Source: an uncultured Desulfospira sp. (GTDB taxonomy: Bacteria; Desulfobacterota; Desulfobacteria; Desulfobacterales; Desulfobacteraceae). From it: DNA of 64,000 nt. Made by a program: the position numbers and the translations under genes. The stretch spans positions 4,800,001 through 4,864,000 of the forward strand of contig OY760175.1 of assembly GCA_963663165.1 (NCBI GenBank), read 5' to 3'. The notes under the pieces are model-generated. The model searched no databases. It saw nothing but the letters and a program-made list of their open reading frames with translations, and was not told the origin of the DNA. Shown here in pieces: positions 18,001 to 24,381 of the stretch; position 1 is the stretch's first letter, and every line of letters starts with the position of its first letter.

Positions 18001-20434
18001 AGGGGTCATCACAGGAAAGCTGGTCGTTCTCATTTAAAAGCCCGGCACTTTCCACGGCTTTGTAGGCGGTTTGAAGCACCATTTTCTGGCTTCTGGACAG
18101 TTTGTTTTCTTTATCCTCATCGTATCCGAACCGCTTTGCGTCAAACTGGAAATCTTCTATAATCCCGGCCAGGCGGGTATAGGTTCTGTCTTCGGCCGAC
18201 TTGTCGCCGGACAGGTACAGATCGGCGTTAAACCGGGATTCAGGCATCTCTTTGATGGCATAGGTTTTATTTAGAATATTGTCCCAGAGCTGATCCGGGG
18301 TCTGGGCGCCCGGCAGGGTACATCCAACCCCCACCACGGCAATTTCATCGTTGATCCGGTTTCTCGGGCTTGAAAATACCTCCAGTTGGTTAAGGTTTTC
18401 CCGCAGCCGGTGTTTGAACTGAAACATCATGGTATGGATATCTTTAATGGCGGTGACATCCTTGAAAAAGGCTAAGCTGTCCCCCACCAGAAAATTTCCT
18501 TTTTCCCGGTGTTCTGGCCCCTCATACCAGGTATAATGTTCCTCTCCGGGGTTTTTAAAGTCAGGCAAAAACCCTTTGGCCCCGATGAGCAGGGAGCCGA
18601 TGTTTCTTTTTTCAAAGGATTTTTTACGTTGATCCAGGGGTTTTTTCTCCCGGATCATGGCGGCCTCATGTTCCATCATCATTTTGGCAAACCCGGTGGG
18701 GGCGGTCCTTGAGGCAAGGCCTAAGGTTTTGCCGATGACAACGGTTTCGTTCTTTTCAATGACAATGTCCTGGTAGAGTTTCTGGATGCTCTTTGTATCG
18801 ACAATTTCTTTTGTGAACAGGTAGGCGGTCCCGGCCTGAATACCGATTTTAGCGCCTTTGGCCGCCAGAAAAGCGGTCAGTCCTGAAATAAAAAACGACG
18901 CAAAACAGGTGGAAATTCCGCCGGCAAACACCAGATAAATATCGGACAGGTTCCGTTCCGAGTTAACCAGCCTTGAGATGGCCGCTTCCCACAGCACCAT
19001 GGAGGAAAGGCTTCCCACATGGCCCCCGGCCTCGGCCCCTTCAAAGATAAACCTGCGGCAGCCGTTTTCCAGAGCATTGGCCATCATGGACACCGAAGGC
19101 GTGTGCAGGTAAGTCTTTGTCCCGGCCTTTTCAAGTTCGAGCACCTGGGAGGGAACTCCCCCGGCAAACAGGGCATAAGGCACCTTGTACTGTTTGACCA
19201 TGTCCAGATGGATGTTGACCTGGGGGTTAAAGGCCTCGATGCCCACCAGGCCCGCCCCGAAATTGTCTAAAGTCTGGGCCCCTTTTTTAAGCATGTCATC
19301 GGCGAGATCCTTTGGCAGGCTGCCCACGGCAAAAAACGGCAGGGCGCCCTGTTCCAGGACCTTTGAGGCAAATTGTGCGTTGTCCGTGATGTTGGCCATG
19401 GGACCTTGAATTAAGGGCAGGCGGGTGTTCTGATCTGCTGCAAAATTTGAATCCGGAACAATGGGATCAAACTGATCAATAAAGTTGAGGTTGTCGCCGA
19501 TGGTCGTAAAAAAAGAGTGGATCATCTGGCTCAGGTCTTTGGATTCCCTGGCAAAATCCTTGGCAAAGACCGCGTCCTGGCCCAGGTAAAATAAAGACTG
19601 GATAAACGCTGCATCCGGGTCATCCAGGGCGGTCATTTTTTCAGATAACAGATCGTACAGCCCGGAAAGGCCGTCAGGATTTTCGGCCAGGAGAACCGCC
19701 TCCTGTTTCAAGTCTTTTACGATTTTGGTCCCCAGCTTGGCAAACACCCGGAACCGTTCCTGGTCTTCAAAGCTGATTTCCGTGGAATCGCCTTCATCCA
19801 GGGATTCCAGAAGGGCTTTAAAATTTTCAGACACCGGGGCCTGGTCGGAAAGCAGCACCTGGGAATCCATGACAAATCCGGATACGCCGGCAGCCAGCAT
19901 GCCGGCCCCGGTATATTTGCCTACCCCGCCGTGGATAAATACGGGCAGGGACATCTGTTTTAAGTACCATTGCATGAGGATAAAGGATGAATACCGGGAC
20001 ACGTTTCCGGCCGCCTCATTTCCTTTCAGAATGAGGCCGGACGGGTCGGCCTTAAGGATCTCATCTGTCAGATCAATATCTTTGATTTCAAGAATAAGCC
20101 GGGTATCCCCAAAATTTGAAAACGCCTGGGCCATATCTTCTGCCTGGGCCTGTTTTGAAAAGGGAACCACCATCAGGTCCAGGTTGTTCAGATTTTTATT
20201 TTTGATAGCGGCAATCAGGGTTTCATCCCACCGGGACAGCCGGACACCAAAGCAAAAGGTCTCTTTGGACAACAGCAGTACCTTATGCAGGATATCATCC
20301 CGGCTTAAAAATTCGGTATCAAATACGGGCAGTGCCCCTGACGCATAGACGGAGTGAAAATACCGGATATCAAACACCTTGACCGGTGTGTAAATCATAA
20401 GGGGGAGTTTTGAGTTCAGTATTCTTGTAATCAT
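9026..20434 (-). CDS. Multidomain type I PKS / PUFA-synthase-like enzyme (2x FabK/PfaD-like ER, KS, KS0, AT, KS, 3x ACP, KR, DH), ~3802 aa
   Basis: EAGGH (ER); DAACASS/EAHGT/IGH (KS1); DASCAS (KS2); GQGAQ/GHSVGE/GAFH (AT); SACAS/SHETYT/TGH (KS3); 3x DLEADLGIDTVKQ; TGGAGGI and GQADY-x-AAN (KR); DHTMG and DAMFQ (DH). ATG at 20434 follows GGAG. Confidence 0.92.
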   Translation of the reverse strand: MITRILNSKLPLMIYTPVKVFDIRYFHSVYASGALPVFDTEFLSRDDILHKVLLLSKETFCFGVRLSRWDETLIAAIKNKNLNNLDLMVVPFSKQAQAEDMAQAFSNFGDTRLILEIKDIDLTDEILKADPSGLILKGNEAAGNVSRYSSFILMQWYLKQMSLPVFIHGGVGKYTGAGMLAAGVSGFVMDSQVLLSDQAPVSENFKALLESLDEGDSTEISFEDQERFRVFAKLGTKIVKDLKQEAVLLAENPDGLSGLYDLLSEKMTALDDPDAAFIQSLFYLGQDAVFAKDFARESKDLSQMIHSFFTTIGDNLNFIDQFDPIVPDSNFAADQNTRLPLIQGPMANITDNAQFASKVLEQGALPFFAVGSLPKDLADDMLKKGAQTLDNFGAGLVGIEAFNPQVNIHLDMVKQYKVPYALFAGGVPSQVLELEKAGTKTYLHTPSVSMMANALENGCRRFIFEGAEAGGHVGSLSSMVLWEAAISRLVNSERNLSDIYLVFAGGISTCFASFFISGLTAFLAAKGAKIGIQAGTAYLFTKEIVDTKSIQKLYQDIVIEKNETVVIGKTLGLASRTAPTGFAKMMMEHEAAMIREKKPLDQRKKSFEKRNIGSLLIGAKGFLPDFKNPGEEHYTWYEGPEHREKGNFLVGDSLAFFKDVTAIKDIHTMMFQFKHRLRENLNQLEVFSSPRNRINDEIAVVGVGCTLPGAQTPDQLWDNILNKTYAIKEMPESRFNADLYLSGDKSAEDRTYTRLAGIIEDFQFDAKRFGYDEDKENKLSRSQKMVLQTAYKAVESAGLLNENDQLSCDDPSRTSVIIATCLSNELGNDLQLKYWYPQLVSMLEKTEAYQALDPEEKEKINQALLDGIEGENKGYDPVHGMLLNIEASRIARHLGIRGVNYIVDAACASSITALDAAAGELLSGEVDQVIVGGVNTHLAPESFIGFAKMGTLSATGSHPFDQRADGFVLGEGSVVFVLKRMKDALRDNNQIFGIINGIGSSSDGKGKAIAAPNPKGQLLSIQRCYENTRKGFHPDQIEFIEAHGTATIIGDQAELETLTAGYTGARAGVSSIKSQIGHLLGCAGSAGLLKALLAVQKGVLPPNGNFETLSSSHDLSGSSLYIVKDQQPWEPRDGQSRKAAVSSYGFGGINYHVALEEMTPSYVPVPRDFFRDLSYDFNDDRIVVAGLGVFLPGAKNSEEFWEKLVSGEKQLSQIPGEHFDNDAYSRLDKKSHYHLPHLKAGIVKDFQFNNLKYRMPPTMVKSVERGQLFGLTAASEALESSGLLKQEQAAARTGVILGTIPGERQSKNILRVRKLMLANIIKQTADVDDAVLDKVAGQLVDVIRSTIPENNEDTTPGLLSNIISGRITNYFGLNGANYVVDASCASAVIAIRNAARDLKQKNMDFCLAGGVDCNLYPAVLMAFKRLGLLSSGDCNFFDDRADGYVMGEGAAIHVLTTYKKATESGMKILGEINECAVKSSVPDHLLAPSEHTFVSAINQAYRRSGIRKSEVDHLDLFAFSNIFGDMIEKQVTQACFSHPMHCGNVKPQFGYFKAANPAVAMAKLMLMNAKGKILPDFNFEREHSIIKECAILKPALELTNARPGRPLRFASNVNGIGGNHAHLIMGALPARLVPEQHKVDNVVDVSFTAVPEDDRVLSDTAWSAGPGGKKQRIVALLSGQGAQHPGMMKTLFESDAHIREVMEKGEAIFKEQRGYSLLDLMFGEDESLNSTQNTQAAVFLSSAAVCSRLALEGFSPDYFIGHSVGEYTALFCSGILGFEDAMRLVIKRSDLMHESTLKVPGKIMVVFENEKKTEKLIRKSFVSDIYITNKNSEKQTAVSGKAQSIEKFCDFLKEEKVMFKKLNLTGAFHTPLLADASEKLRQYLDTLTFKRAGYGRIISNTLAAPYPKQVTEIKDLLARQIVSPVEFIKSIEHVYASGKTHFIEIGPSRLLVNLLKYINIGEYGTTVSVDPKKGEVESFEACRQYLISLNALFKSRPVREIPDRPGVDPFPDEPEQANVSNELSFADMAGADISEDFESFKQDNQSLIDKILYKEFQRKKRDAAIDAIKRYDFNTRRILISGVSVGLPGKARHVFAKDNFDAILNGKNFIESLSQEDQARITDKNITKLFKEPDGNARFVQITKTEDVIHLAGQLGYFNLTDEYGIKEEYDIAMSLGIAAGIEALKDANIPLVMQYKKMKDGKALIPDGFALPEEMQEETGVIITSLWPNGETLMAELEKYFYEKLFLKPYEEFEKIYYFLMEKVNDLNVKEEITEWFFKAKARKRTDFTTYKFDRNFLANACPLGSAHLAQIIKAKGPNTLVSSACASTTLAMGIAEDWIRVGRCKRVLVVGGENATSPRQAQWVGSGFLALGAATIKKRVSEAAKPFDEDRNGTILGAGAVGLVIEDEKCAAKRGMNGQCQILGTHIANSAYHTYNIDVPHMAREMNKFIAKVEKQNNLTKTDYADKLLFMSHETYTPARGGSADAEVTALESAFADHLDTICISNTKGFTGHTLGAAIEDVVLVKALQKRKAPPIANLQKVPDRFRNLNFSGREKINAEYGLHLSAGFGSHFAFMFVKRVEENPVEGNLIYQNWLKQITGSTHPELKVIDNTLCVVAGDDSVPVEEPDIQTVEPATASIEPVTGPDPVERIREIIARQTGYAADMLEGDLDLEADLGIDTVKQVEIFGTIASGFGFDVPDDLKLRDLNTIDKLAAYVSQKVGPAMAAPSEKREPESFETRDTQAPQTLESPMETVKAVIAEQTGYTVDMLEPDLDLEADLGIDTVKQVEIFGKVATRFGFDVPDDLKLRDLNTIARLSDYIVSRTGGGTAATKPEPQENPVASEPIPQTSGPVPGNDPVDTVKEIIAAQTGYAVDMLEPGLDLEADLGIDTVKQVEIFGKVATHFGFDVPDDLKLRELNTIARLSAYIESRATEPDHSGKEPIPVTGSGPSPAPSANEKTAKTDTLPDPASPIKRLVVRVNEAALPELSSRNFKKKKILISLDHHGMAQVVAEQVKRLGGEVITLGDPDLNPDVTLPFADLGAAALVGKELASGHPDLDGFIHLAPLDFYIDRETHEFASDPELNTTIKSTFVLIQALYEVLDKPGTLIATMAFDSVIFPYMKECNDIYPMFAGLSGLLKTVNKEMAHTRVKVVDFSYPHPLKSKTEISDLFINELLSDDPRCEAGYKDLQRYVLSMKTSAPDQTERIINDNDTLLVTGGAGGITYEIIKQVVQEYKVNLVILDINDIYATDPKFLDKQATSAELMAMLREDMPKSKPVEIKRALDRLNRVRTAVDNMEYLRSQGISVEYICTDVTDYEAVKKAVDACPEIDGIFHAAGMEMSQFIPKKELWSFELVTDVKIKGMRNLLKAAQEKDYKYFLTFSSVTARFGNQGQADYTAANDFLGKTLLRQKQLHPQRAYKVYAWTAWDGVGMATNSTVKKVLEDRGIKFLPMDQGVKFFMADLLDRTESEMVFSGLDYEFDIDGLLGDPGGFPFLDDPIKDTPDSKAWARTLDLNRDIFLEDHTMGDVPLFLGSTGVETMAEAARNLTGGREHLTRLKDFHIPYGIKLLKGRPKELMIQADLKDDQAVACRIESVFKNPKGQVMGDPKLHYQGVFEFSETRPDSKTIEIGPFSPLSWEGDLDSLVYHPNRLFMFGLFATITDINSFDGTTLVTTVEDSSEAEFFKGEKNPKFQASPVLVDAMFQTGGLLEFLTSSRTVLPFKIEEMNFYRVPEKNTPYYCITRKIDSGEETNTYNLTLADSAGKVCIEINEFQMVKLARLDKEHRIDHKVTWEAQPA

Positions 20435-20492
20435 GTAAACGTCTCCAAATGGTTTTGGGTTCAGGTCTTGTGACCTCAATTCCCTTTTGGCT

Positions 20493-20509
20493 ATCAAGGA
20501 ACGTGCCAG
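20493..20509 (-). promoter_or_regulatory. Sigma54 (-24/-12) promoter of the PKS gene
   Basis: Minus strand CTGGCAC-GTTCC-TTGAT (one mismatch at -12) about 60 nt before the ATG. Divergent bEBP gene adjacent. Confidence 0.7.
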
Positions 20510-20524
20510 AGGCGGTGTGTTTTA

Positions 20525-20537
20525 TAACCAGTTGATA
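20525..20537 (-). promoter_or_regulatory. IHF binding site
   Basis: TATCAA-CTGG-TTA fits WATCAA-N4-TTR, immediately upstream of the sigma54 promoter. Confidence 0.6.
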
Positions 20538-20631
20538 TTATATTGATTTATAGAAAAGGAAGTTTTCTTCATTAAAACCATCGACAATCGGCCTTGCATT
20601 TTATGCACATGGCATGTACAAAATTACCCAA

Positions 20632-20739
20632 TTGGCTTTTGGCTCTTAGCAATTAGCAATTAGCTTTTAGCTGCTTGCAGTTGGCTAACAGCTAACAGCT
20701 AACGGCTAACGGCTAACAGCTAACAGCCAACAGCCAACA
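20632..20739. repeat. Inverted heptamer tandem repeat (TTAGC-type arm / GCYAACR x8 arm)
   Basis: Eight GCYAACR copies at 20684-20739 and complementary TTRGC-containing units at 20632-20671. Related array at 26497-26570. Confidence 0.85.
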
Positions 20740-20751
20740 AAGGAAAATTTA

Positions 20752-22224
20752 ATGGCAAAATTCAGTCTGGATTCAGAAGAAAAGATATTTTTCAGGACGG
20801 TTTATCATGCGGCCTTTGCTAATCCTTTCAGTGAGTTAAGGGAAAAGCTGGACCGGAAAATTGCCGGCCTTTTTCCCTCCAACAACCCCAAACAGATCAC
20901 CGACATGTGTATCCGGGAGGTAGACCAGCGCTTAAGAAAGCTGGAGTCCCAGGGCCGGGGAGACCTTAGGCGGTATTCAGAAAAAGACCAGGAAACCCTT
21001 CGTGTGGTCTATTTGTTTGATATCTTTCATAAGTTCAGGGATGATTTTGACCGGCTTATCAATGACCAGATCAAAGCAGGCGATGCCCCGGTAAAAGTGG
21101 ACTTTGCCCAAAACGCCCGGCAGATGCTCATGGACCGTGGGTTTACGACCGAACAGTTCAGGCATTATTTTGCCCTGTCCTTTCAGCTCAGGCGGGCATT
21201 TTACTTTATTTCCCAGACCCTGGTAGGGGAAAGCCCCTGCATGCGGAATTTAAAAAAACACCTCTGGTACAATGTCTTTACCTGCAACATGCTCTTATAC
21301 GACCAGCAGCTTTGGAACCGGATGGAGGACTTTTCCACCCTGCTCTTGGGCGAAACCGGCACCGGAAAAGGAACCGCCGCCAGAGCAATCGGCCGAAGCG
21401 GGTTTATCCCCTTTGACGAAAAAAAGTCCAGTTTCACCCAGAGCTTCACCCAGGCCTTTTCTTCGCTCAACCTGTCTCAATACCCTGAAACCTTGCTGGA
21501 ATCTGAGCTTTTCGGCCACACAAAAGGCTCGTTTACCGGGGCGGTGGACGACTATAAAGGGGTGTTTGCCCTGTGCAGTCCCCACGGGTCAATCCTCTTA
21601 GACGAAATTGGCGAAATCCCCAACCATGTCCAGATCAAGCTGTTGCGGGTCCTTCAGGAAAGAAGCTTTTCGCCGGTGGGGGCCCACACGTCCTACCGGT
21701 TCCAGGGCCGGGTCATTGCCGCCACCAACCGGCCCAGAAAAGATATCATGTCCGGTAAGGTGTTCCGGGATGATTTTTACTACCGGCTCTGTTCAGACAT
21801 CATTGAAGTGCCTCCCTTGGCCGCCCGGATCAAAGAAAAGCCATCGGAACTGGACGATCTTCTGGAATTCACTATTTTCCGTATGACCGGCGTAAAATCA
21901 GAAGAAATATTGGTTAAAGTCAAAAGAATTATTGACCGTAATCTGGGAAAAGACTATCAATGGCCTGGGAACGTCAGGGAGCTGGAACAATGCGTTAGAA
22001 GCATTCTGCTCAGACGAAGTTACAGGGGAAAGGAAAGTTCCGGGACCCGGGAATTTTCCCTGGACCGGATTTTGGCCCGGGGTATCGAAGACCGGACCAT
22101 CGGCGTGCCGGATCTGGTCTCCGGATACTGCAGGCTCCTGTATGACACCCATGGCACCTATGAAAAAGTAGCCCGGGTAACGGGCCTGGACAGGCGGACA
22201 GTAAAAAAATATATTTTAGGATAG
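20752..22224 (+). CDS. Sigma54-dependent enhancer-binding protein with uncharacterised N-terminal domain
   Basis: GETGTGK Walker A, ESELFGH-x-x-GSFTGA, LLDEIGE, WPGNVRELE and a C-terminal HTH. Confidence 0.92.
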   Translation: MAKFSLDSEEKIFFRTVYHAAFANPFSELREKLDRKIAGLFPSNNPKQITDMCIREVDQRLRKLESQGRGDLRRYSEKDQETLRVVYLFDIFHKFRDDFDRLINDQIKAGDAPVKVDFAQNARQMLMDRGFTTEQFRHYFALSFQLRRAFYFISQTLVGESPCMRNLKKHLWYNVFTCNMLLYDQQLWNRMEDFSTLLLGETGTGKGTAARAIGRSGFIPFDEKKSSFTQSFTQAFSSLNLSQYPETLLESELFGHTKGSFTGAVDDYKGVFALCSPHGSILLDEIGEIPNHVQIKLLRVLQERSFSPVGAHTSYRFQGRVIAATNRPRKDIMSGKVFRDDFYYRLCSDIIEVPPLAARIKEKPSELDDLLEFTIFRMTGVKSEEILVKVKRIIDRNLGKDYQWPGNVRELEQCVRSILLRRSYRGKESSGTREFSLDRILARGIEDRTIGVPDLVSGYCRLLYDTHGTYEKVARVTGLDRRTVKKYILG

Positions 22225-22228
22225 ACTC

Positions 22229-23122
22229 ATGTTTTTCTTTCTTCCCCCCCTCATCAGAGGTTGTGCTTCCATTATTATTTATTTTTTGAACACCCTTGTT
22301 CTGACCGTCCCGTTGATCCTGTGTTCTCTTTTAAAATTTATCATTCCGGCTCATGGGTTCGTTGTCTGGATGGATAAATTTCTGATCGGTATTGCCACCC
22401 TCTGGATCGGCATCAATTCAAAAACCACGGACCTTTTCTGCAAAATTCACTGGGACGTCCACGGGCTTGAAAATTTAAAGAAAAAGGAATGGTACCTGGT
22501 GTTGTCCAACCACCAGTCCTGGGTGGATATTCTGGTGCTTCAAAAAATTTTGAACCGGAAAATCCCCATGCTCAAATTTTTCTTAAAAAAAGAACTGATC
22601 TGGGTTCCGTTCCTGGGGCTTGCCTGGTGGGCCCTGGATTTTCCCTTTATGAAACGGTATTCAAAATCTTTTCTGGCCAAACATCCCCACCTTAAGGGAA
22701 AAGACCTGGAAAGCACCAAAAAAGCCTGTCAAAAATTCAAGCATACCCCGGTGTCCATCATGAACTTTGTTGAGGGAACACGGTTTTCTCCCGACAAACA
22801 ACAGGCCCAGAGGGCCGAGTTCAACCACCTGCTCAAGCCCAGGGCCGGGGGAATCGCCTTTGTTTTGGCCTCCATGGGCGACTACCTTCACAAGATCATT
22901 GATGTGACCATTGTCTATCCGGAAAAAGTCCCGAGTTTCTGGGAGTTCATTTCAGGAAAAACCCGGCGCATCGTGGTTTACTTCAACGTGCTGGACGTGA
23001 CCCGGACCCTGAAGGGGGATTATTTTAACGACCCTGAATTCAAACAGGGCTTCTGCGAGTGGCTCAACGAGATGTGGCAGGAAAAAGACCGGAAAATATC
23101 CGGTCTTATTGCCGGGGGATGA
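22229..23122 (+). CDS. Lysophospholipid acyltransferase (PlsC/YihG-like)
   Basis: NHQSWVD (HX4D), FFLKKEL and FVEGTRF motifs; N-terminal TM segments. Confidence 0.9.
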   Translation: MFFFLPPLIRGCASIIIYFLNTLVLTVPLILCSLLKFIIPAHGFVVWMDKFLIGIATLWIGINSKTTDLFCKIHWDVHGLENLKKKEWYLVLSNHQSWVDILVLQKILNRKIPMLKFFLKKELIWVPFLGLAWWALDFPFMKRYSKSFLAKHPHLKGKDLESTKKACQKFKHTPVSIMNFVEGTRFSPDKQQAQRAEFNHLLKPRAGGIAFVLASMGDYLHKIIDVTIVYPEKVPSFWEFISGKTRRIVVYFNVLDVTRTLKGDYFNDPEFKQGFCEWLNEMWQEKDRKISGLIAGG

Positions 23123-23415
23123 TATGAAAAAAATTACCATAATTGTGAAAAAAATGTGTGTCTAATGTGAATTTTTTTTCACAATTATCACAAACTCTCT
23201 GTGTCGATTCTCTCCCCCCCCCTCTTATAAACGATCTTTCCCGGCTTATTTTTCGCGTAATCTTTCTGGCCGCATTTAACCCTTCAGAAAATAGCTGAAA
23301 ACTTTTATTTTCAGGTTGTTCAGGCCCTGCCTTAGTAGGGAATCGCTTACAAAAAAACAAGAATGAATAGCATTTAGTTTATAAATTTTGAATTAATCGC
23401 CAATGAAAAAAATGA

Positions 23416-23431
23416 AGGTACGAAATGTGCA
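23416..23431 (+). promoter_or_regulatory. Possible sigma54 promoter of the PEP-CTERM-like gene
   Basis: AGGTAC-GAAAT-GTGCA has GG-N10-GC spacing. An upstream TGTGAA-N6-TTCACA palindrome lies near 23166-23183. Confidence 0.5.
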
Positions 23432-23530
23432 TATATCCATTTCGTATGAATCAAATTGTATATCGCTTTCCCAAAAGCGATGCCTTGTTAGTTACAATTT
23501 TTTTATGTTCAAAAAAGGAGGATAGTTAAA

Positions 23531-24217
23531 ATGAAACTTAGCCGTATTTTTTTGATTCTTTTAATCAGTTGCTGTCTTACCATTCTGGTTGACTCGGCAA
23601 ATGCTGCCATTACCAACGGCGGTTTTGAGGACACGATTGATTTTAACGGATGGACCTATGATTTAGGCTCATCAGGGGCAAGCATAGTAATCCCTACTGA
23701 TTCTTCGGAGTCGCCCCACACCGGCTTTCAGTATGCAACGATGTATGGAAGCAATTATTATGATCCAGCCATGCTTTACCAGGTTGTACAAAATCCGGAC
23801 TATGATTCGTCCGGAACCAGCATGGACGTCTCTTTTTCGGCCTATGGGGATAGCGGTGAAGGCTGGATCGGCCTGTATATCTGGTACTCCAATGATGACC
23901 AGGTCCCTGATTCCAACACGGTATGGACAGCCGCACCCGGATCTGGAACGGTGGATTTTGCAACTGGTTTAGACGGTAATGTTGCGTTATATCAAAGTGA
24001 TTTTGATGGTGACTACTGGGAGCATATCAGTTATTCAGCTACATGGAGTTTTGAAGCCAAATGGTTCAAAATCGGCATCGCCTTAGCTGCGAATAATTGT
24101 GACACATGGGTAGACACCGTATCTTTCAGTCCGTCGGCTGCAGTTCCGGTTCCTTCCGGAATTATTTTGATGGTATTCGGCTTGCTCTGCCTGGTCCGGA
24201 TCAAAAGAGCAGAATAA
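23531..24217 (+). CDS. PEP-CTERM-like (VPVP) sorting-domain exported protein
   Basis: Signal peptide, ITNGGFE start, C-terminal VPVPSGIILMVFGLLCLVRIKR (motif, TM helix, basic tail). Confidence 0.85.
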   Translation: MKLSRIFLILLISCCLTILVDSANAAITNGGFEDTIDFNGWTYDLGSSGASIVIPTDSSESPHTGFQYATMYGSNYYDPAMLYQVVQNPDYDSSGTSMDVSFSAYGDSGEGWIGLYIWYSNDDQVPDSNTVWTAAPGSGTVDFATGLDGNVALYQSDFDGDYWEHISYSATWSFEAKWFKIGIALAANNCDTWVDTVSFSPSAAVPVPSGIILMVFGLLCLVRIKRAE

Positions 24218-24259
24218 GGGCGTCCCTATGTACACACCGCCAAGCTTAAAAAAAACTCA

Positions 24260-24321
24260 CACCAAGACACAAAGCCACAAAGATTAGGGTCTCACCTTCT
24301 TTGTGGCTTTGTGTCTTGGTG
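24260..24321. repeat. 24 bp perfect inverted repeat built from 8-mer units; probable bidirectional terminator
   Basis: CACCAAGACACAAAGCCACAAAGA-N14-TCTTTGTGGCTTTGTGTCTTGGTG between convergent genes. Confidence 0.75.
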
Positions 24322-24381
24322 CGCGAACATAAAAAAACCAACGGCCGGATGCGTAGCCTTAAAGACCTTCAGCCTAATCTT

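Noticed and set aside
20435..20497. Upstream TTG start for the PKS (3823 aa)
   Set aside because: It overlaps the predicted sigma54 -12 box; the ATG at 20434 has a GGAG SD.
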